This document shows, piece after piece, positions 9,178 to 19,003 of a stretch of DNA of 64,000 nt (the first letter of the stretch is position 1; every line of letters starts with the position of its first letter). The notes beneath the pieces are model-generated. The model was not told the origin of the DNA. It made no database searches and worked only from the letters and a program-made list of their open reading frames with translations. Location: the NCBI GenBank assembly GCA_016235775.1, contig JACRIU010000102.1, forward strand, positions 32,721 to 96,720, in the 5' to 3' direction. A program made the position numbers and the translations under genes. The DNA comes from Hydrogenophilales bacterium (GTDB lineage Bacteria > Pseudomonadota > Gammaproteobacteria > Burkholderiales > Thiobacteraceae).

Positions 9178-11616
9178 TCACGCGATTGAATCGTCCTCGA
9201 CTGATTGTTTTTCAATAACGGATTGGCGGGCGGGCTGCTTTTCTACCTGCATTGTTTCCTGGGGCAGGTCAAACCAGAACGTGCTGCGCCAGAACGTGCT
9301 GCCTTCGCCGGGGGGGCTCTCGACGCCAATCGCGCCCCCCATCAATTCCACCAGTTTCCGGCTGATGGCGAGGCCGATCCCGGCGCCCTCGATGGCGCCG
9401 TTTTCGGCGCCCAGCCGGTTAAAGGGCTGGAACAATTGGCCCAGGCGCGCTTGCGGGATGCCGGGGCCGGTATCGCTTACCAGGATGCGGGCCGGTTGGC
9501 CATCGCCGGCGGAGAAATGCAGCTTTATGCTGCCGCCGGCGCGGTTGTACTTGACCGCATTGGAGAGCAGATTGAGCAGCACCTGTTTTACGCGCATGCG
9601 GTCTGCGCGCAGAACGATGTTGGCGCAGTCATCGCTTTCGACCCAGATGCCGCGCGCATCCGCCAGCGGATGGATCAGCGCCAGGCATTCGTTGACCACG
9701 GCGCAGAGATCGACCGGTTCCAGGGAGAGCGTGATGCTGCCGCTCTCGACTTTTTCCAGGTTCAGTATTTCGTTGATGAGTTTCAGCAGGTGTTGGCCGG
9801 CTTTCAGAATCTCGCCCACGTTATCCTGGTTGTCCGGTGACAGCGCCTGATCCGTTTCCATCAATTGGGCAAAGCCGAGCATGGCGTTCATCGGCGTGCG
9901 CAGTTCGTGCGACATGCTGGAGAGGAACTGCGATTTGGCCAGGTTGGCGCGTTCGGCCTCGTCTTTCGCGGCGATCAGCGCTTCTTCGGCCTGCTTGCGT
10001 TCGGTGATGTCGGTGAATACGCCGATGTAATGCAGCGGCAAGCCGTGCGCATCGCGCACCTCCGTGACGTTGAGTATCTCCGGATAGATTTCGCCGTTCT
10101 TGCGCTTGTTCCAGACAACGCCGCTCCAGTGGCCCTTTTCCCGGATCGCAGCCCACATCGCCTGGTAGAAGGCGGCATCGTGGCGCCCGGATTGCAGGAT
10201 GCGCGGGTTCTTGCCGATGACCTCGCGCGGGGCGTATCCGGTGATCTCGGTGAAGGCGCGGTTGACCGAAATGATGTTGCGCCCGGCGTCGGTGATGGTG
10301 ACGCCTTCGCGGCTGTTTTCGAACACCGTGGCGGCCAGGCGCAACTGAAGTTCGGCCTGCTTGTGTGCGGTGATATCCTGCAATGCGCCGGCGAGCCGCG
10401 CCAGCTTGCCGTTTTCGAATTGCGGGTGGCCCATCGCGCGCACCCAGATATTCCGGCCCCGCGCGGTGACGAGCGGCAGTTCCAGGTCAAAAGGCGAGCC
10501 GCGCTCGATCGCTCCCTGTATGGCGTTCGTGATGATGGGCCGCGCCTCGGGCGTGAAATAGCCGAGAGCATCCTCGAGGCCCGGCTGCTTGTCCTGCGCA
10601 AGCTCGTGGATGCGGCGGGCCTGCGGGGTCCAGCGCAGCGCCTTGTCCGGCAGATCAAGTTCCCAGCCGCCGATATTGGCGATTTCGCCGGTGTGCTCCA
10701 GCAGGTTTTCGTTGTAGCGCAGCGCGCGGTTCGCCTGCTCGAATTGGCGCGCCCGCTGCGCGCTCAGTCCCCATAGCCAGAATGTGATGCCGGCCAATAA
10801 GGTCAGCGCGAGGCCGCTGGCCAGCACCAGTTCGGGCAGCACCGAGTCGTTCGCGCTTAGATGCGCCGGCGTGGGCCAGAGCCGGATTTGCCAGTCGCCG
10901 TCGCCGCTGTCGAGCCGGAAGCTGCGCATAAGGCGCGCCGCGGGGGAGGCTGCCGGCAACTCGCCACGCCGGTACAGCGTCACCCCAGCGCGCGAGACGT
11001 CCAGGCCATAGCCCCGCGCGGCGATTTCTTTGGTGAGATTGGCAAACAGACTGTCCGTGCGAAATACGCCGAGCAGATAACCGCCGGGCCGCCCCGCGAC
11101 CGATAGCGCGTGCACCAGCAGCAGGCCTTGCTCATCCTGGGTGAGGTTAATCTGCGCGGAGAAGATGGGGTCTGTGCCATGCGCGCGCTCCAATGCCCTT
11201 TTGGGCGCAGGTCCCTGTTTCAGATCAAGGCCGATGATGGGCTCGTTGCCCGCTTCCGGCGCCACCCAGCGCACGCGGCCCAGGGCATCGGCCCACGCGA
11301 TGGCCTGAAAGCCCGGCAGGTCGCGGACGTAGCTTGCGGCATCCTGGCGCCACAATGCTTTGGGCGTGCCGCCGGCGGCTTCCCAGCGATGCGCCATGCG
11401 ATCGAGGGCGTTTACGCGCTCGAGCAGGGCGGCCTCAAAATGCTTTTGCAGCCACTGGGATTCCGTATCCACTTGCCAGCCCTGTTGCTGTTCATCGTAG
11501 TGTTGCAGCTTGTTCCAGAGCACGGTGACACCCAGCAGTAGCGCCAAGGCGCCTATCGCCAAGGGGAGGCGCAGGCTAACGGAAAGGAGGCGATTCGGCA
11601 TGCGGGATGAATCCAT
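9178..11616 (-). CDS. CHASE-like/PAS/PAS sensor histidine kinase without receiver domain
   Basis: Two TM helices around a periplasmic domain, two PAS domains, FLSSMSHELRTPMN, NLLSNAVKY, GAGIGL. Confidence 0.9.
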   Translation of the reverse strand: MDSSRMPNRLLSVSLRLPLAIGALALLLGVTVLWNKLQHYDEQQQGWQVDTESQWLQKHFEAALLERVNALDRMAHRWEAAGGTPKALWRQDAASYVRDLPGFQAIAWADALGRVRWVAPEAGNEPIIGLDLKQGPAPKRALERAHGTDPIFSAQINLTQDEQGLLLVHALSVAGRPGGYLLGVFRTDSLFANLTKEIAARGYGLDVSRAGVTLYRRGELPAASPAARLMRSFRLDSGDGDWQIRLWPTPAHLSANDSVLPELVLASGLALTLLAGITFWLWGLSAQRARQFEQANRALRYNENLLEHTGEIANIGGWELDLPDKALRWTPQARRIHELAQDKQPGLEDALGYFTPEARPIITNAIQGAIERGSPFDLELPLVTARGRNIWVRAMGHPQFENGKLARLAGALQDITAHKQAELQLRLAATVFENSREGVTITDAGRNIISVNRAFTEITGYAPREVIGKNPRILQSGRHDAAFYQAMWAAIREKGHWSGVVWNKRKNGEIYPEILNVTEVRDAHGLPLHYIGVFTDITERKQAEEALIAAKDEAERANLAKSQFLSSMSHELRTPMNAMLGFAQLMETDQALSPDNQDNVGEILKAGQHLLKLINEILNLEKVESGSITLSLEPVDLCAVVNECLALIHPLADARGIWVESDDCANIVLRADRMRVKQVLLNLLSNAVKYNRAGGSIKLHFSAGDGQPARILVSDTGPGIPQARLGQLFQPFNRLGAENGAIEGAGIGLAISRKLVELMGGAIGVESPPGEGSTFWRSTFWFDLPQETMQVEKQPARQSVIEKQSVEDDSIA

Positions 11617-11619
11617 CGC

Positions 11620-13446
11620 TCAACCCCGTTTGTTCTTGAGCAACAAGATTTCAAACTCCGCCAGCGGCACCGGCTTGCCGAACAGGTAGCCCTGGTAGTT
11701 GGGGCAGCCGTGGCGTTCGAGAAAGTCGCGCTGCGCTTGCGTTTCCACGCCTTCGGCGATGACATTGAGCCCCAGGTTGTTGGCCATGCCGATGATGGTC
11801 TGCACGATCACGGCGTCGGAGGTTTTGACGCCGATGTTCTTGAGCGCCTGCATTTTGGCGATGGTGTCGTTGACGTTGTCGAGCACCAGGCTTTCGGTGA
11901 GTTCGAGCTTGAGCTTGGCGGGGTCGATGCCGGTGGCGTCCAGCACGGCGCACACTTGTTCGACGAAATCGGGGGGGCGGAACTGGCGCGCGCTGACGTT
12001 GACGGCCAACTGCAAGTGCCGGGCGCTCGGGTCGGACGCCCAGGCTTTCAGTTTCATGCAAGCGGTTTCCAGCACCCAGTAACCGATGGGGAGAATCAGG
12101 CCGCTATCCTCGGCCAGCGGGATGAATTGGAGCGGGGAGACCAGCCCCTGCTTGGGATGCTGCCAGCGCAGCAGCACTTCGGCGCCGTGGATGCAACCGG
12201 TGTGATCCACCTGCATCTGATAGTAAAGCCGGAGTTGGTTTTCCGGCACGGCGCGGCGCAAGTCCGTTTCAAGCGCGATGCGAGTCTCCATGGCGGCATG
12301 GGTGGCGGGATCGAAGAAGCGGATGGTGTTGCGCCCGGACTGCTTGGCTTGATACATGGCGGTGTCGGCGCGCTTGAGCAATTCGTCCATCGTGATGTTA
12401 TGACCGCCAAACAGGCAGATGCCGATACTGGGCGAAGTGAGGTATTCGCGCCCTTGCGGTTCGAAAGGCTGGTTGATGGCGTTGCGGATTTTTTCGGCGA
12501 TGCCCTCGGCCTGCACCGCGGCCTGTTCGGATGCCGCGCTCAGATCATTCAGGATGATCACGAATTCGTCGCCGCCCTGGCGCGCGACCGTGTCATCGGT
12601 GCGCACGCAGGCTTGCAAGCGCCCGGTGACTTCGATCAGCAGCAGATCGCCGATGCCGTGCCCCCTGGTGTTGTTCAGCTCCTTGAAGTTATCCAGGTCG
12701 ATGAACAGGATCGCGCCATGGCGTTGGCGCCGCGCGCTGGAGGACAAGGTCTGTTGCAGCCGGTCTTGCAGCAGGCGGCGGTTGGGCAGGCGGGTGAGCG
12801 AATCGTAGAACGCCAGGTGGTGGATGGTTTCTTCGGCCTGCTTGTGCCGGCTGATGTCGGAGAACGCTCCGACATAGTGGGTGACCCGATCCCCTTCATC
12901 GGTCACGGCGGTGATGCTGAGCCACTCGGGATAGATTTCTCCGTCCTTGCGCTTGTTCCAGATTTCACCCTGCCAGTACTGGTCGCGATTCAGGCTGTTC
13001 CACATCGCCTGGTAGAACGCGTCATCCTGGCGGCCGGATTTGAGAATGGCGGGGGTCTGGCCGATGGCCTCCCCGGCGCTATAACCGGTGATCCGGGTAA
13101 AAGCATGGTTGACGTTGAGGATGACCCGGTTCGCATCGGTGATGGTCATGCCTTCCTGGGATTCGAAGGCGATGGCGGCGATGCGCAGCTCCGCCTCCAT
13201 TTGCCTGCGCTCGGTGATGTCCTTTTGCATTTTCCGGAAGACCAGGAAATAAAGCGACGGCGCAATGAGGAGGGTAAGCAGGACGGCGTCGAAATACTCC
13301 CATGCGGATTCCGGGACGATGGCGGGGACGAGCGCATCATGCACGACGATCATGATCCAAAGCTCGACCAACGTTATGAGCGAGCCTAATACGATCACCA
13401 ACCCCAGAGGGGTGCCCAATAACGGAAATGATCGCTTATGTTTCAT
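11620..13446 (-). CDS. Membrane PAS-GGDEF-EAL protein with an internal in-frame deletion in the EAL domain
   Basis: QGGDEF intact and EVLLRW present, but ALKNIGVK is joined directly to TSDAVIVQTII (no DDFGTG or KID segment). Confidence 0.88.
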   Translation of the reverse strand: MKHKRSFPLLGTPLGLVIVLGSLITLVELWIMIVVHDALVPAIVPESAWEYFDAVLLTLLIAPSLYFLVFRKMQKDITERRQMEAELRIAAIAFESQEGMTITDANRVILNVNHAFTRITGYSAGEAIGQTPAILKSGRQDDAFYQAMWNSLNRDQYWQGEIWNKRKDGEIYPEWLSITAVTDEGDRVTHYVGAFSDISRHKQAEETIHHLAFYDSLTRLPNRRLLQDRLQQTLSSSARRQRHGAILFIDLDNFKELNNTRGHGIGDLLLIEVTGRLQACVRTDDTVARQGGDEFVIILNDLSAASEQAAVQAEGIAEKIRNAINQPFEPQGREYLTSPSIGICLFGGHNITMDELLKRADTAMYQAKQSGRNTIRFFDPATHAAMETRIALETDLRRAVPENQLRLYYQMQVDHTGCIHGAEVLLRWQHPKQGLVSPLQFIPLAEDSGLILPIGYWVLETACMKLKAWASDPSARHLQLAVNVSARQFRPPDFVEQVCAVLDATGIDPAKLKLELTESLVLDNVNDTIAKMQALKNIGVKTSDAVIVQTIIGMANNLGLNVIAEGVETQAQRDFLERHGCPNYQGYLFGKPVPLAEFEILLLKNKRG

Positions 13447-13451
13447 GCTCG

Positions 13452-15143
13452 CTAGTCCAGGCCATACACCGCGGTGACATCATTGCCCTTTCCCGAATAC
13501 ACCAAGGATAGGCAGAGTTGTTTCACCAGCATGATGCCGCGACCGCTCAATTGGCCGGTAGCGGCTTCGCGCTTTTTGATTATGGCGGCATGGTCGAAGC
13601 CGGGGCCGCTGTCCCTGACGCGCAGGCGCAGGAGGTCGCTGCCCGTTAAAAAAAAGAGTTCCAAATCGACTTCTATCGTGGCGTCGGTGAGCTGTGAGAG
13701 CCGCGCTTCGCGTTGCTCGATGTATTGCTCGAAGCCATCCGGGTCTTGCTTGAGTTGGGAGTCGAGCCCGAGCAGGCCGTGGTCGAGCGCGTTGTTGAAC
13801 AGCTCGCCCAGAATCAGGAAGGCCTGGCCGCGATGTTGCGGATTGATTTGCAGTTGATCGAGCCAGTTCATGATCAAGGGCAGGGTATCCAGGCGCTTGA
13901 TTTCCGCCGCGCTCAGGGAGAGCGAGAAACGCCAGCGTGAATGGCCGGACGGTTTGTCGGGGTGCGCGGCGGACATGGCTTCAACCATGGGCAGCCAATC
14001 CAGCGCGCCCGCGCAGCGCACCGCGAGCAGGGAGATGTCGTCGCGTTGTTGCGCGCCGTGAATGTGGCTCTGCACCGCATCCGCGAGCACTTTAAATCGC
14101 CCCGTGCCATACGGGCGGGACAGCAAGGACAGGAAGCGCGTCATGCTGAACGGAATGCCGGCGCTGTCTTCCGCCTCGGGCAGGCCGTCGGAGCAGAGAA
14201 TGATCTCGCCCGGCTCATCCCATCGATAGACCTGCGGGTTGCTGTCGAATTCGGCGGCGGGCAGAATGCCCAGCGCGGGATGGGTGGATTTCCAGATGCG
14301 CTGCACCACGCCGCCGTCGGTGACGAAGACCGCTTCCGGCGAGCCGCCGTTCCATACCCTCACGGTGCGATTGGCGTAGTCGATCGAGATCAATACCGCG
14401 GCGATGAAGCGGTCGATCGGCAGCAGGTTTTTCACTTTGCGGTTCAGTTCGCGCGCGATGCTGGAGATCGAAAAGCCTTTTTCGGTCATGCTGTAGAACG
14501 ATTCGATCACCGGCAGCACGCTGATCGCGGCGGCCAGGCCATGGCCGGTGGCGTCCGCCAGCAATACGTTCAACTCATTCGCGGGCGAGCGCGCGGTGAT
14601 CGCCACGTCGCCGCTGAAATGCTGGGCGGGCGAGACCCAAGTGTTGACCAGGTCCTGCTCCGCTTTGTCCTGGCGCACGATGTGGTCGAGCAGGTGGCGC
14701 GCCAACAAGCGCTCTTCGCGGTGTTGTTCGAGGTTGGCCTGCATTTGCCGCGCATAGTTCGAGACTTGATCCTGCATGTCCGCGATGCGGCGCAGCGCGC
14801 GCACTTTGTTGCTCAGGATGGTGAGATTGACCGGCTTGGCGAGATAATCGTCGCCGCCGGCTTCCAGGCCCTTGGTGCGCTCGGCATCGTCGGTGTGCGC
14901 GCTCAAAAAGACGATCGGCACCCAATGCGCCGTGTCGATGCGGCGGATGGCGGCGGTGGCTTCATAGCCATCCATCACCGGCATCATCACATCCATGATG
15001 ACCAGATCGGGGTTTTCGGTGCGGTAGGCGGCAATGGCTTGTTCGCCGTTTTGGGCCGTCACGATCTCATGGCCCTGGCCTTTAAGGTGCTGGCCGAGCA
15101 CGAAAATATTATCCGGCGCGTCGTCGACTACCAGGACTTTCAT
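13452..15143 (-). CDS. Response regulator REC-PP2C(SpoIIE)-HATPase (HsbR-like)
   Basis: Receiver; SGD, LADATGHG and SDGL phosphatase motifs; ELFNNALDHG and SGRGI kinase motifs. Confidence 0.9.
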   Translation of the reverse strand: MKVLVVDDAPDNIFVLGQHLKGQGHEIVTAQNGEQAIAAYRTENPDLVIMDVMMPVMDGYEATAAIRRIDTAHWVPIVFLSAHTDDAERTKGLEAGGDDYLAKPVNLTILSNKVRALRRIADMQDQVSNYARQMQANLEQHREERLLARHLLDHIVRQDKAEQDLVNTWVSPAQHFSGDVAITARSPANELNVLLADATGHGLAAAISVLPVIESFYSMTEKGFSISSIARELNRKVKNLLPIDRFIAAVLISIDYANRTVRVWNGGSPEAVFVTDGGVVQRIWKSTHPALGILPAAEFDSNPQVYRWDEPGEIILCSDGLPEAEDSAGIPFSMTRFLSLLSRPYGTGRFKVLADAVQSHIHGAQQRDDISLLAVRCAGALDWLPMVEAMSAAHPDKPSGHSRWRFSLSLSAAEIKRLDTLPLIMNWLDQLQINPQHRGQAFLILGELFNNALDHGLLGLDSQLKQDPDGFEQYIEQREARLSQLTDATIEVDLELFFLTGSDLLRLRVRDSGPGFDHAAIIKKREAATGQLSGRGIMLVKQLCLSLVYSGKGNDVTAVYGLD

Positions 15144-15201
15144 CGGAAGGCTCTCAGCGGCGCGCGTTAATCGCGCGCCGGCACGGAAGGTTGCGGGAGA
15201 T

Positions 15202-15513
15202 TCAGGAGATGGTGAATAGCCGCCCGAAGTTGGCGACTTCCAACACCTGCCGCACCGAACTCTGCGTGTTGAGCAGCTTCATTTGAATGTTTTTCGCCGA
15301 GGCTTTCTCGCGCAGCAGCAACAGCATGCCGAGCGCCGAGCTGTCGACGTAATCGACGCCCTTCAAGTCAACATCCAGCTCGCGCATGCCGTCGGCGCCG
15401 AGGATTTGCTCGTAGCCATTGCGAAAATCGCGGTGAATCGAAAAGTCGAAACGCCCGTTGATGGTGAGCGTGCCCTTGTTATCGCCGATATGATTGCTAA
15501 CAGTCGAAGCCAT
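15202..15513 (-). CDS. STAS-domain anti-sigma-factor antagonist (HsbA-like)
   Basis: GRFDFSIHRDFR...VDYVDSSALGMLL; start at ATG 15513 (MASTVS). Confidence 0.92.
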   Translation of the reverse strand: MASTVSNHIGDNKGTLTINGRFDFSIHRDFRNGYEQILGADGMRELDVDLKGVDYVDSSALGMLLLLREKASAKNIQMKLLNTQSSVRQVLEVANFGRLFTIS

Positions 15514-15549
15514 GTTGTCGTTCCTTGTGTGTGAAGCAAGACAAAGGCT

Positions 15550-15576
15550 ATATCGGCGGCTTTCTTGAATACTGTA
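15550..15576 (-). promoter_or_regulatory. Sigma-28 (FliA) promoter upstream of the STAS gene
   Basis: Minus strand TACAGTAT-N11-GCCGATAT matches TAAAGTTT-N11-GCCGATAA with exact spacing. Confidence 0.65.
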
Positions 15577-15628
15577 GGGGCGAGGCATGCCTCGCCCGAT
15601 AGACATAACGGGCCGGACGACCCCTGCA
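15574..15628. repeat. GTAG-type REP with degenerate partner
   Basis: GTAGGGGCGAGGCATGCCTCGCCC then decayed GGGCCGGACGACCCCTGC. Confidence 0.75.
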
Positions 15629-15643
15629 ACTATGAAAAGATTA

Positions 15644-16429
15644 TCAGGGCCAAAGACCGCCCACCGTGGAATTGAAGCCGCTGTCCACATAGCTGATCTC
15701 GCCGGTCATGCCCGAGGCCAGGTCGCTCAGCAGGAAGGCGGCGACATTGCCGACCTCCTCGATCGTGACATTGCGCCGCATGGGGGCGGATTTTTCAACG
15801 AAATCAAATATTTTGCCGAAATCGGCGATGCCCGAGGCGGCCAGGGTTTTAATCGGGCCGGCGGAGATGCCGTTGACCCGGATGCCTTTGGGGCCCAGGC
15901 TCTGCGCCAGGTAAAGCACGCTGGATTCCAGGCTGGCCTTGGCCAGTCCCATCACGTTGTAGTGGGCGATGGAGCGCACCGCGCCCAGGTAGGAGAGCGT
16001 GAGCAGCGCGCTGTTGCGGCCTTCCATCATCGGCAGCGCGGCCTTGGCCAGGGCGGTGAAGCTGTAGGAGCTGATGTCGTGCGCGATGCGGAAATATTCG
16101 CGATTGACCGAGCTGAGATAGTCGCCTGACAGCGCTTCTTTCGGTACGAAGGCGACCGAATGCACGATGCCGTCCAGCCCATCCCAATGTTGCGCCAGAT
16201 CGACGAAAACTTTATCGATTTCCTCGTCGCTCGACACATCGCAGTTGAACAGCAGCGTCGAACCGAAATCCTGCGCCAAGCCCGCCACCCGTTCCTGCGT
16301 GCGCTCGCCTTGATAGGTGAAGGCCAGCTCGGCGCCCTCGCGTTTCGCCGCGCGGGCGATGCCGTAAGCGATGGAGCGGCTGCTGAGAAGACCGGTGATG
16401 AGGATTTTTTTGCCTGCGAGAAAACCCAT
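15644..16429 (-). CDS. fabI: Enoyl-ACP reductase FabI
   Basis: [46 protein letters not shown]. Confidence 0.97.
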   Translation of the reverse strand: MGFLAGKKILITGLLSSRSIAYGIARAAKREGAELAFTYQGERTQERVAGLAQDFGSTLLFNCDVSSDEEIDKVFVDLAQHWDGLDGIVHSVAFVPKEALSGDYLSSVNREYFRIAHDISSYSFTALAKAALPMMEGRNSALLTLSYLGAVRSIAHYNVMGLAKASLESSVLYLAQSLGPKGIRVNGISAGPIKTLAASGIADFGKIFDFVEKSAPMRRNVTIEEVGNVAAFLLSDLASGMTGEISYVDSGFNSTVGGLWP

Positions 16430-16615
16430 TGCGCGTTCCTTGGTTATGAGCGAAAACGGGCATTATAAAACATCCGTCAGTAAACGCGGCCTTGCGTTTG
16501 GCATTAACATAAAAACAGCAGTTCCAGGTCATGATTAGCCACGAAGTTCAGCAAGTTGCAGCCCACCGTGTTGCCCCATCCCTATCCATCATACCCATCA
16601 GGACGGCGGGCCCGT

Positions 16616-16661
16616 GTAGCGCCGGCTTCCAGCCGGCATGCAAGCAGGATGTTTGCACTAC
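16616..16661. repeat. Second GTAG-type REP family doublet
   Basis: GTAGCGCCGGCTTCCAGCCGGC-AT-GCAAGCAGGATGTTTGCACTAC; GTAG...CTAC ends, each arm an imperfect palindrome. Confidence 0.7.
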
Positions 16662-16798
16662 AAAACCTGGCTCAGACCCTCCCACAAGCGGAAGGGATCT
16701 GCTGAACTTTGTGGTTAATCAGGTTCCAGGTTGAATGAATAATATTAGACGGGCCGTGCCCGCCATCCTCAACTGGAATTGCGCTAAACTTTCGTCCC

Positions 16799-19003
16799 AT
16801 GACCGTTCGATTTTCACGCGCGCTAGCCGGCTTGTTTTTTTTAGGGCTCCTAACAAGCTGCGGCAAGACGCCGTGGAACGATCCCTACCCGGTTGCCGAG
16901 CGTGGCCAAAACATCCGGTATGCCGCCTTCAATGAGCGCCCCAAGCACCTCGATCCGGCGCGGTCCTACAGCTCCAACGAAGTCGAATTCATCGGTCAGA
17001 TTTACGAGCCGCCGCTGCAATATCACTATCTCAAGCGCCCGTATGAGCTGATTCCCGCCACCGCGACCGAGGTGCCGCGCCCCAAGTATTTCGATGCGGC
17101 GGGCAAGCGCTTGCCGGATGATGCGCCCGTGGCGCGCATCGCCACCAGCGTGTACGAGATTCATATTCAGCCCGGCATTCGCTATCAGCCGCATCCTGCC
17201 TTTGCGCGGAATGCGCAGGGGGGATATCGCTACCATGCGCTGAGTCCGGCTGAAATCGAGCGCATCACCACGCTCGGTGATTTCAAGGAGGCCGGCACGC
17301 GCGAGCTGGTGGCCGAGGATTACGTGTACCAGATCAAGCGTCTCGCGCACCCGCAACTGAATTCGCCGATTTTCGGCATGATGAGCGACTACATTGCCGG
17401 CCTCAAGGAATATGGCGCGCTGCTGGCCCAGGAGGCGAAGAAAAATGGCAAAGGCGCGTACCTGGATTTAAGCAGTATCCCGCTGGCCGGGGTGGAAGTG
17501 GTGGATCGCCACACCTATCGCGTCAAGCTCAAGGGAAAGTATCCGCAGTTCGTGTACTGGCTGGCGATGCCGTTTTTCGCGCCGGTGCCGTGGGAGGCCG
17601 AGCGCTTCTACGCTCAGCCCGGCATGAAGGAAAAGAACCTGGTGCTCGACTGGTTTCCGGTGGGCACCGGCCCCTACATGCTCACCGTGAACAATCCGAA
17701 CAAGCTGATGGTGCTGGCGCGCAACCCGAATTTCCATGGCGAACGCTATCCGGGCGAAGGGGAGGCGGGCGACCGCGCGCGCGGGCTGCTGGTGGATGCG
17801 GGCAAGACGCTGCCCTTCATCGACAAGGCGATCTTCAGTCTGGAGAAGGAAGACATTCCCTATTGGAACAAATTTCTCCAGGGCTTTTACGATAGCTCCG
17901 GCATCAGCTCGGATACCTTCGATCAGGCGATTCGCATCGGCGCCAGCGGCGAGGCCGGACTCACCGATGATTTGCGCACCAAGGACATTCGCCTCGAAAC
18001 CACGGTCATGGCCACCATCAGCTATATGGGTTTCAACATGCAAGACCCGGTAATCGGCGGCCTGTCCGAGCGCGCGCGCAAGCTACGCCAGGCGATATCG
18101 ATTGCCGTGGATTACGAAGAGCGCATTTCCATTTTCAGCAACGGCCGCGGCATCCCGGCGCAAGGCCCGCTGCCGCCCGGTATCTTTGGCTATACCGAGG
18201 GCGAGCGCGGCATCAATCCCTATGTGTACGATTGGGCGCAGAGCCAGGCGCAGCGCAAATCGGTCGAGGCGGCGAAACGCCTGCTGGCCGAGGCGGGCTA
18301 CCCCAATGGCCGAGATGCCAAGACCGGCCAACCGCTGGTGCTCAATTTCGACACCGCCGCCGTCGGCCCGGATCAAAAATCGCGCCTCGATTGGCTGGTG
18401 AAGCAGTTCAAAAAACTCGATCTCGATCTGGTGATTCGCGCCACTGACTACAACCGCTTTCAGGAGAAAATGCTCAAGGGCACGGCGCAGATTTTCGAGT
18501 GGGGATGGAATGCGGATTATCCAGACCCGGAGAATTTCTTGTTCCTGCTCTACGGCCCGAATAAAAAAGTCGGCGCCAACGGCGAGAACGCCGCCAACTA
18601 CGACAACCCCGAATTCAACCGCCTGTTCGAGCAAATGAAAAACATGGACAACGGCCCGATGCGAAGCCGCATTATCGACGACATGGTGGACATTGCCCGG
18701 CGTGACGCGCCCTGGGTGTGGGGTTACTACCCGAAATCGTATGGCTTGTATCACGCCTGGCTCACCAATGCCAAACCAAACCTGATGGCGAATAATGGAT
18801 TGAAGTATCTGCGCGTCGATCCGGCACTGCGCGAGCAGCAGCGTGCTGCGTGGAATTCGCCGCGCCTGTGGCCACTGGGCTTGCTGGCCTTGGCGCTGGT
18901 GGTGGTGCTGGTGCCGGCGTTTGTGAGTTACCGGCGCAAGTTGCATGCACCTGCTAAATTCCCCTCTCCCGCAAGCGGGAGAGGGGGTAGGGGAGAGGGC
19001 TAA
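16799..19003 (+). CDS. Peptide/oligopeptide ABC transporter substrate-binding lipoprotein (family 5)
   Basis: Lipobox LTSC, GTGPY, GWNADYPDPENF; C-terminal TM helix; last ~14 codons come from a repeat. Confidence 0.9.
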   Translation: MTVRFSRALAGLFFLGLLTSCGKTPWNDPYPVAERGQNIRYAAFNERPKHLDPARSYSSNEVEFIGQIYEPPLQYHYLKRPYELIPATATEVPRPKYFDAAGKRLPDDAPVARIATSVYEIHIQPGIRYQPHPAFARNAQGGYRYHALSPAEIERITTLGDFKEAGTRELVAEDYVYQIKRLAHPQLNSPIFGMMSDYIAGLKEYGALLAQEAKKNGKGAYLDLSSIPLAGVEVVDRHTYRVKLKGKYPQFVYWLAMPFFAPVPWEAERFYAQPGMKEKNLVLDWFPVGTGPYMLTVNNPNKLMVLARNPNFHGERYPGEGEAGDRARGLLVDAGKTLPFIDKAIFSLEKEDIPYWNKFLQGFYDSSGISSDTFDQAIRIGASGEAGLTDDLRTKDIRLETTVMATISYMGFNMQDPVIGGLSERARKLRQAISIAVDYEERISIFSNGRGIPAQGPLPPGIFGYTEGERGINPYVYDWAQSQAQRKSVEAAKRLLAEAGYPNGRDAKTGQPLVLNFDTAAVGPDQKSRLDWLVKQFKKLDLDLVIRATDYNRFQEKMLKGTAQIFEWGWNADYPDPENFLFLLYGPNKKVGANGENAANYDNPEFNRLFEQMKNMDNGPMRSRIIDDMVDIARRDAPWVWGYYPKSYGLYHAWLTNAKPNLMANNGLKYLRVDPALREQQRAAWNSPRLWPLGLLALALVVVLVPAFVSYRRKLHAPAKFPSPASGRGGRGEG
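18961..19000. repeat. CCCTCTCCC-hairpin repeat, left flank of DUF559 gene
   Basis: CCCCTCTCCCGCAAGCGGGAGAGGGGGTAGGGGAGAGGGC. Confidence 0.85.

Noticed and set aside
6287..15170. Long plus-strand ORFs (527, 559, 409 aa and others) opposite the signalling genes, and similar ones opposite cheA, the ABC genes and clpB
   Set aside because: Antisense shadow ORFs typical of high-GC coding DNA; no domain motifs, and the opposite strand has clear genes.
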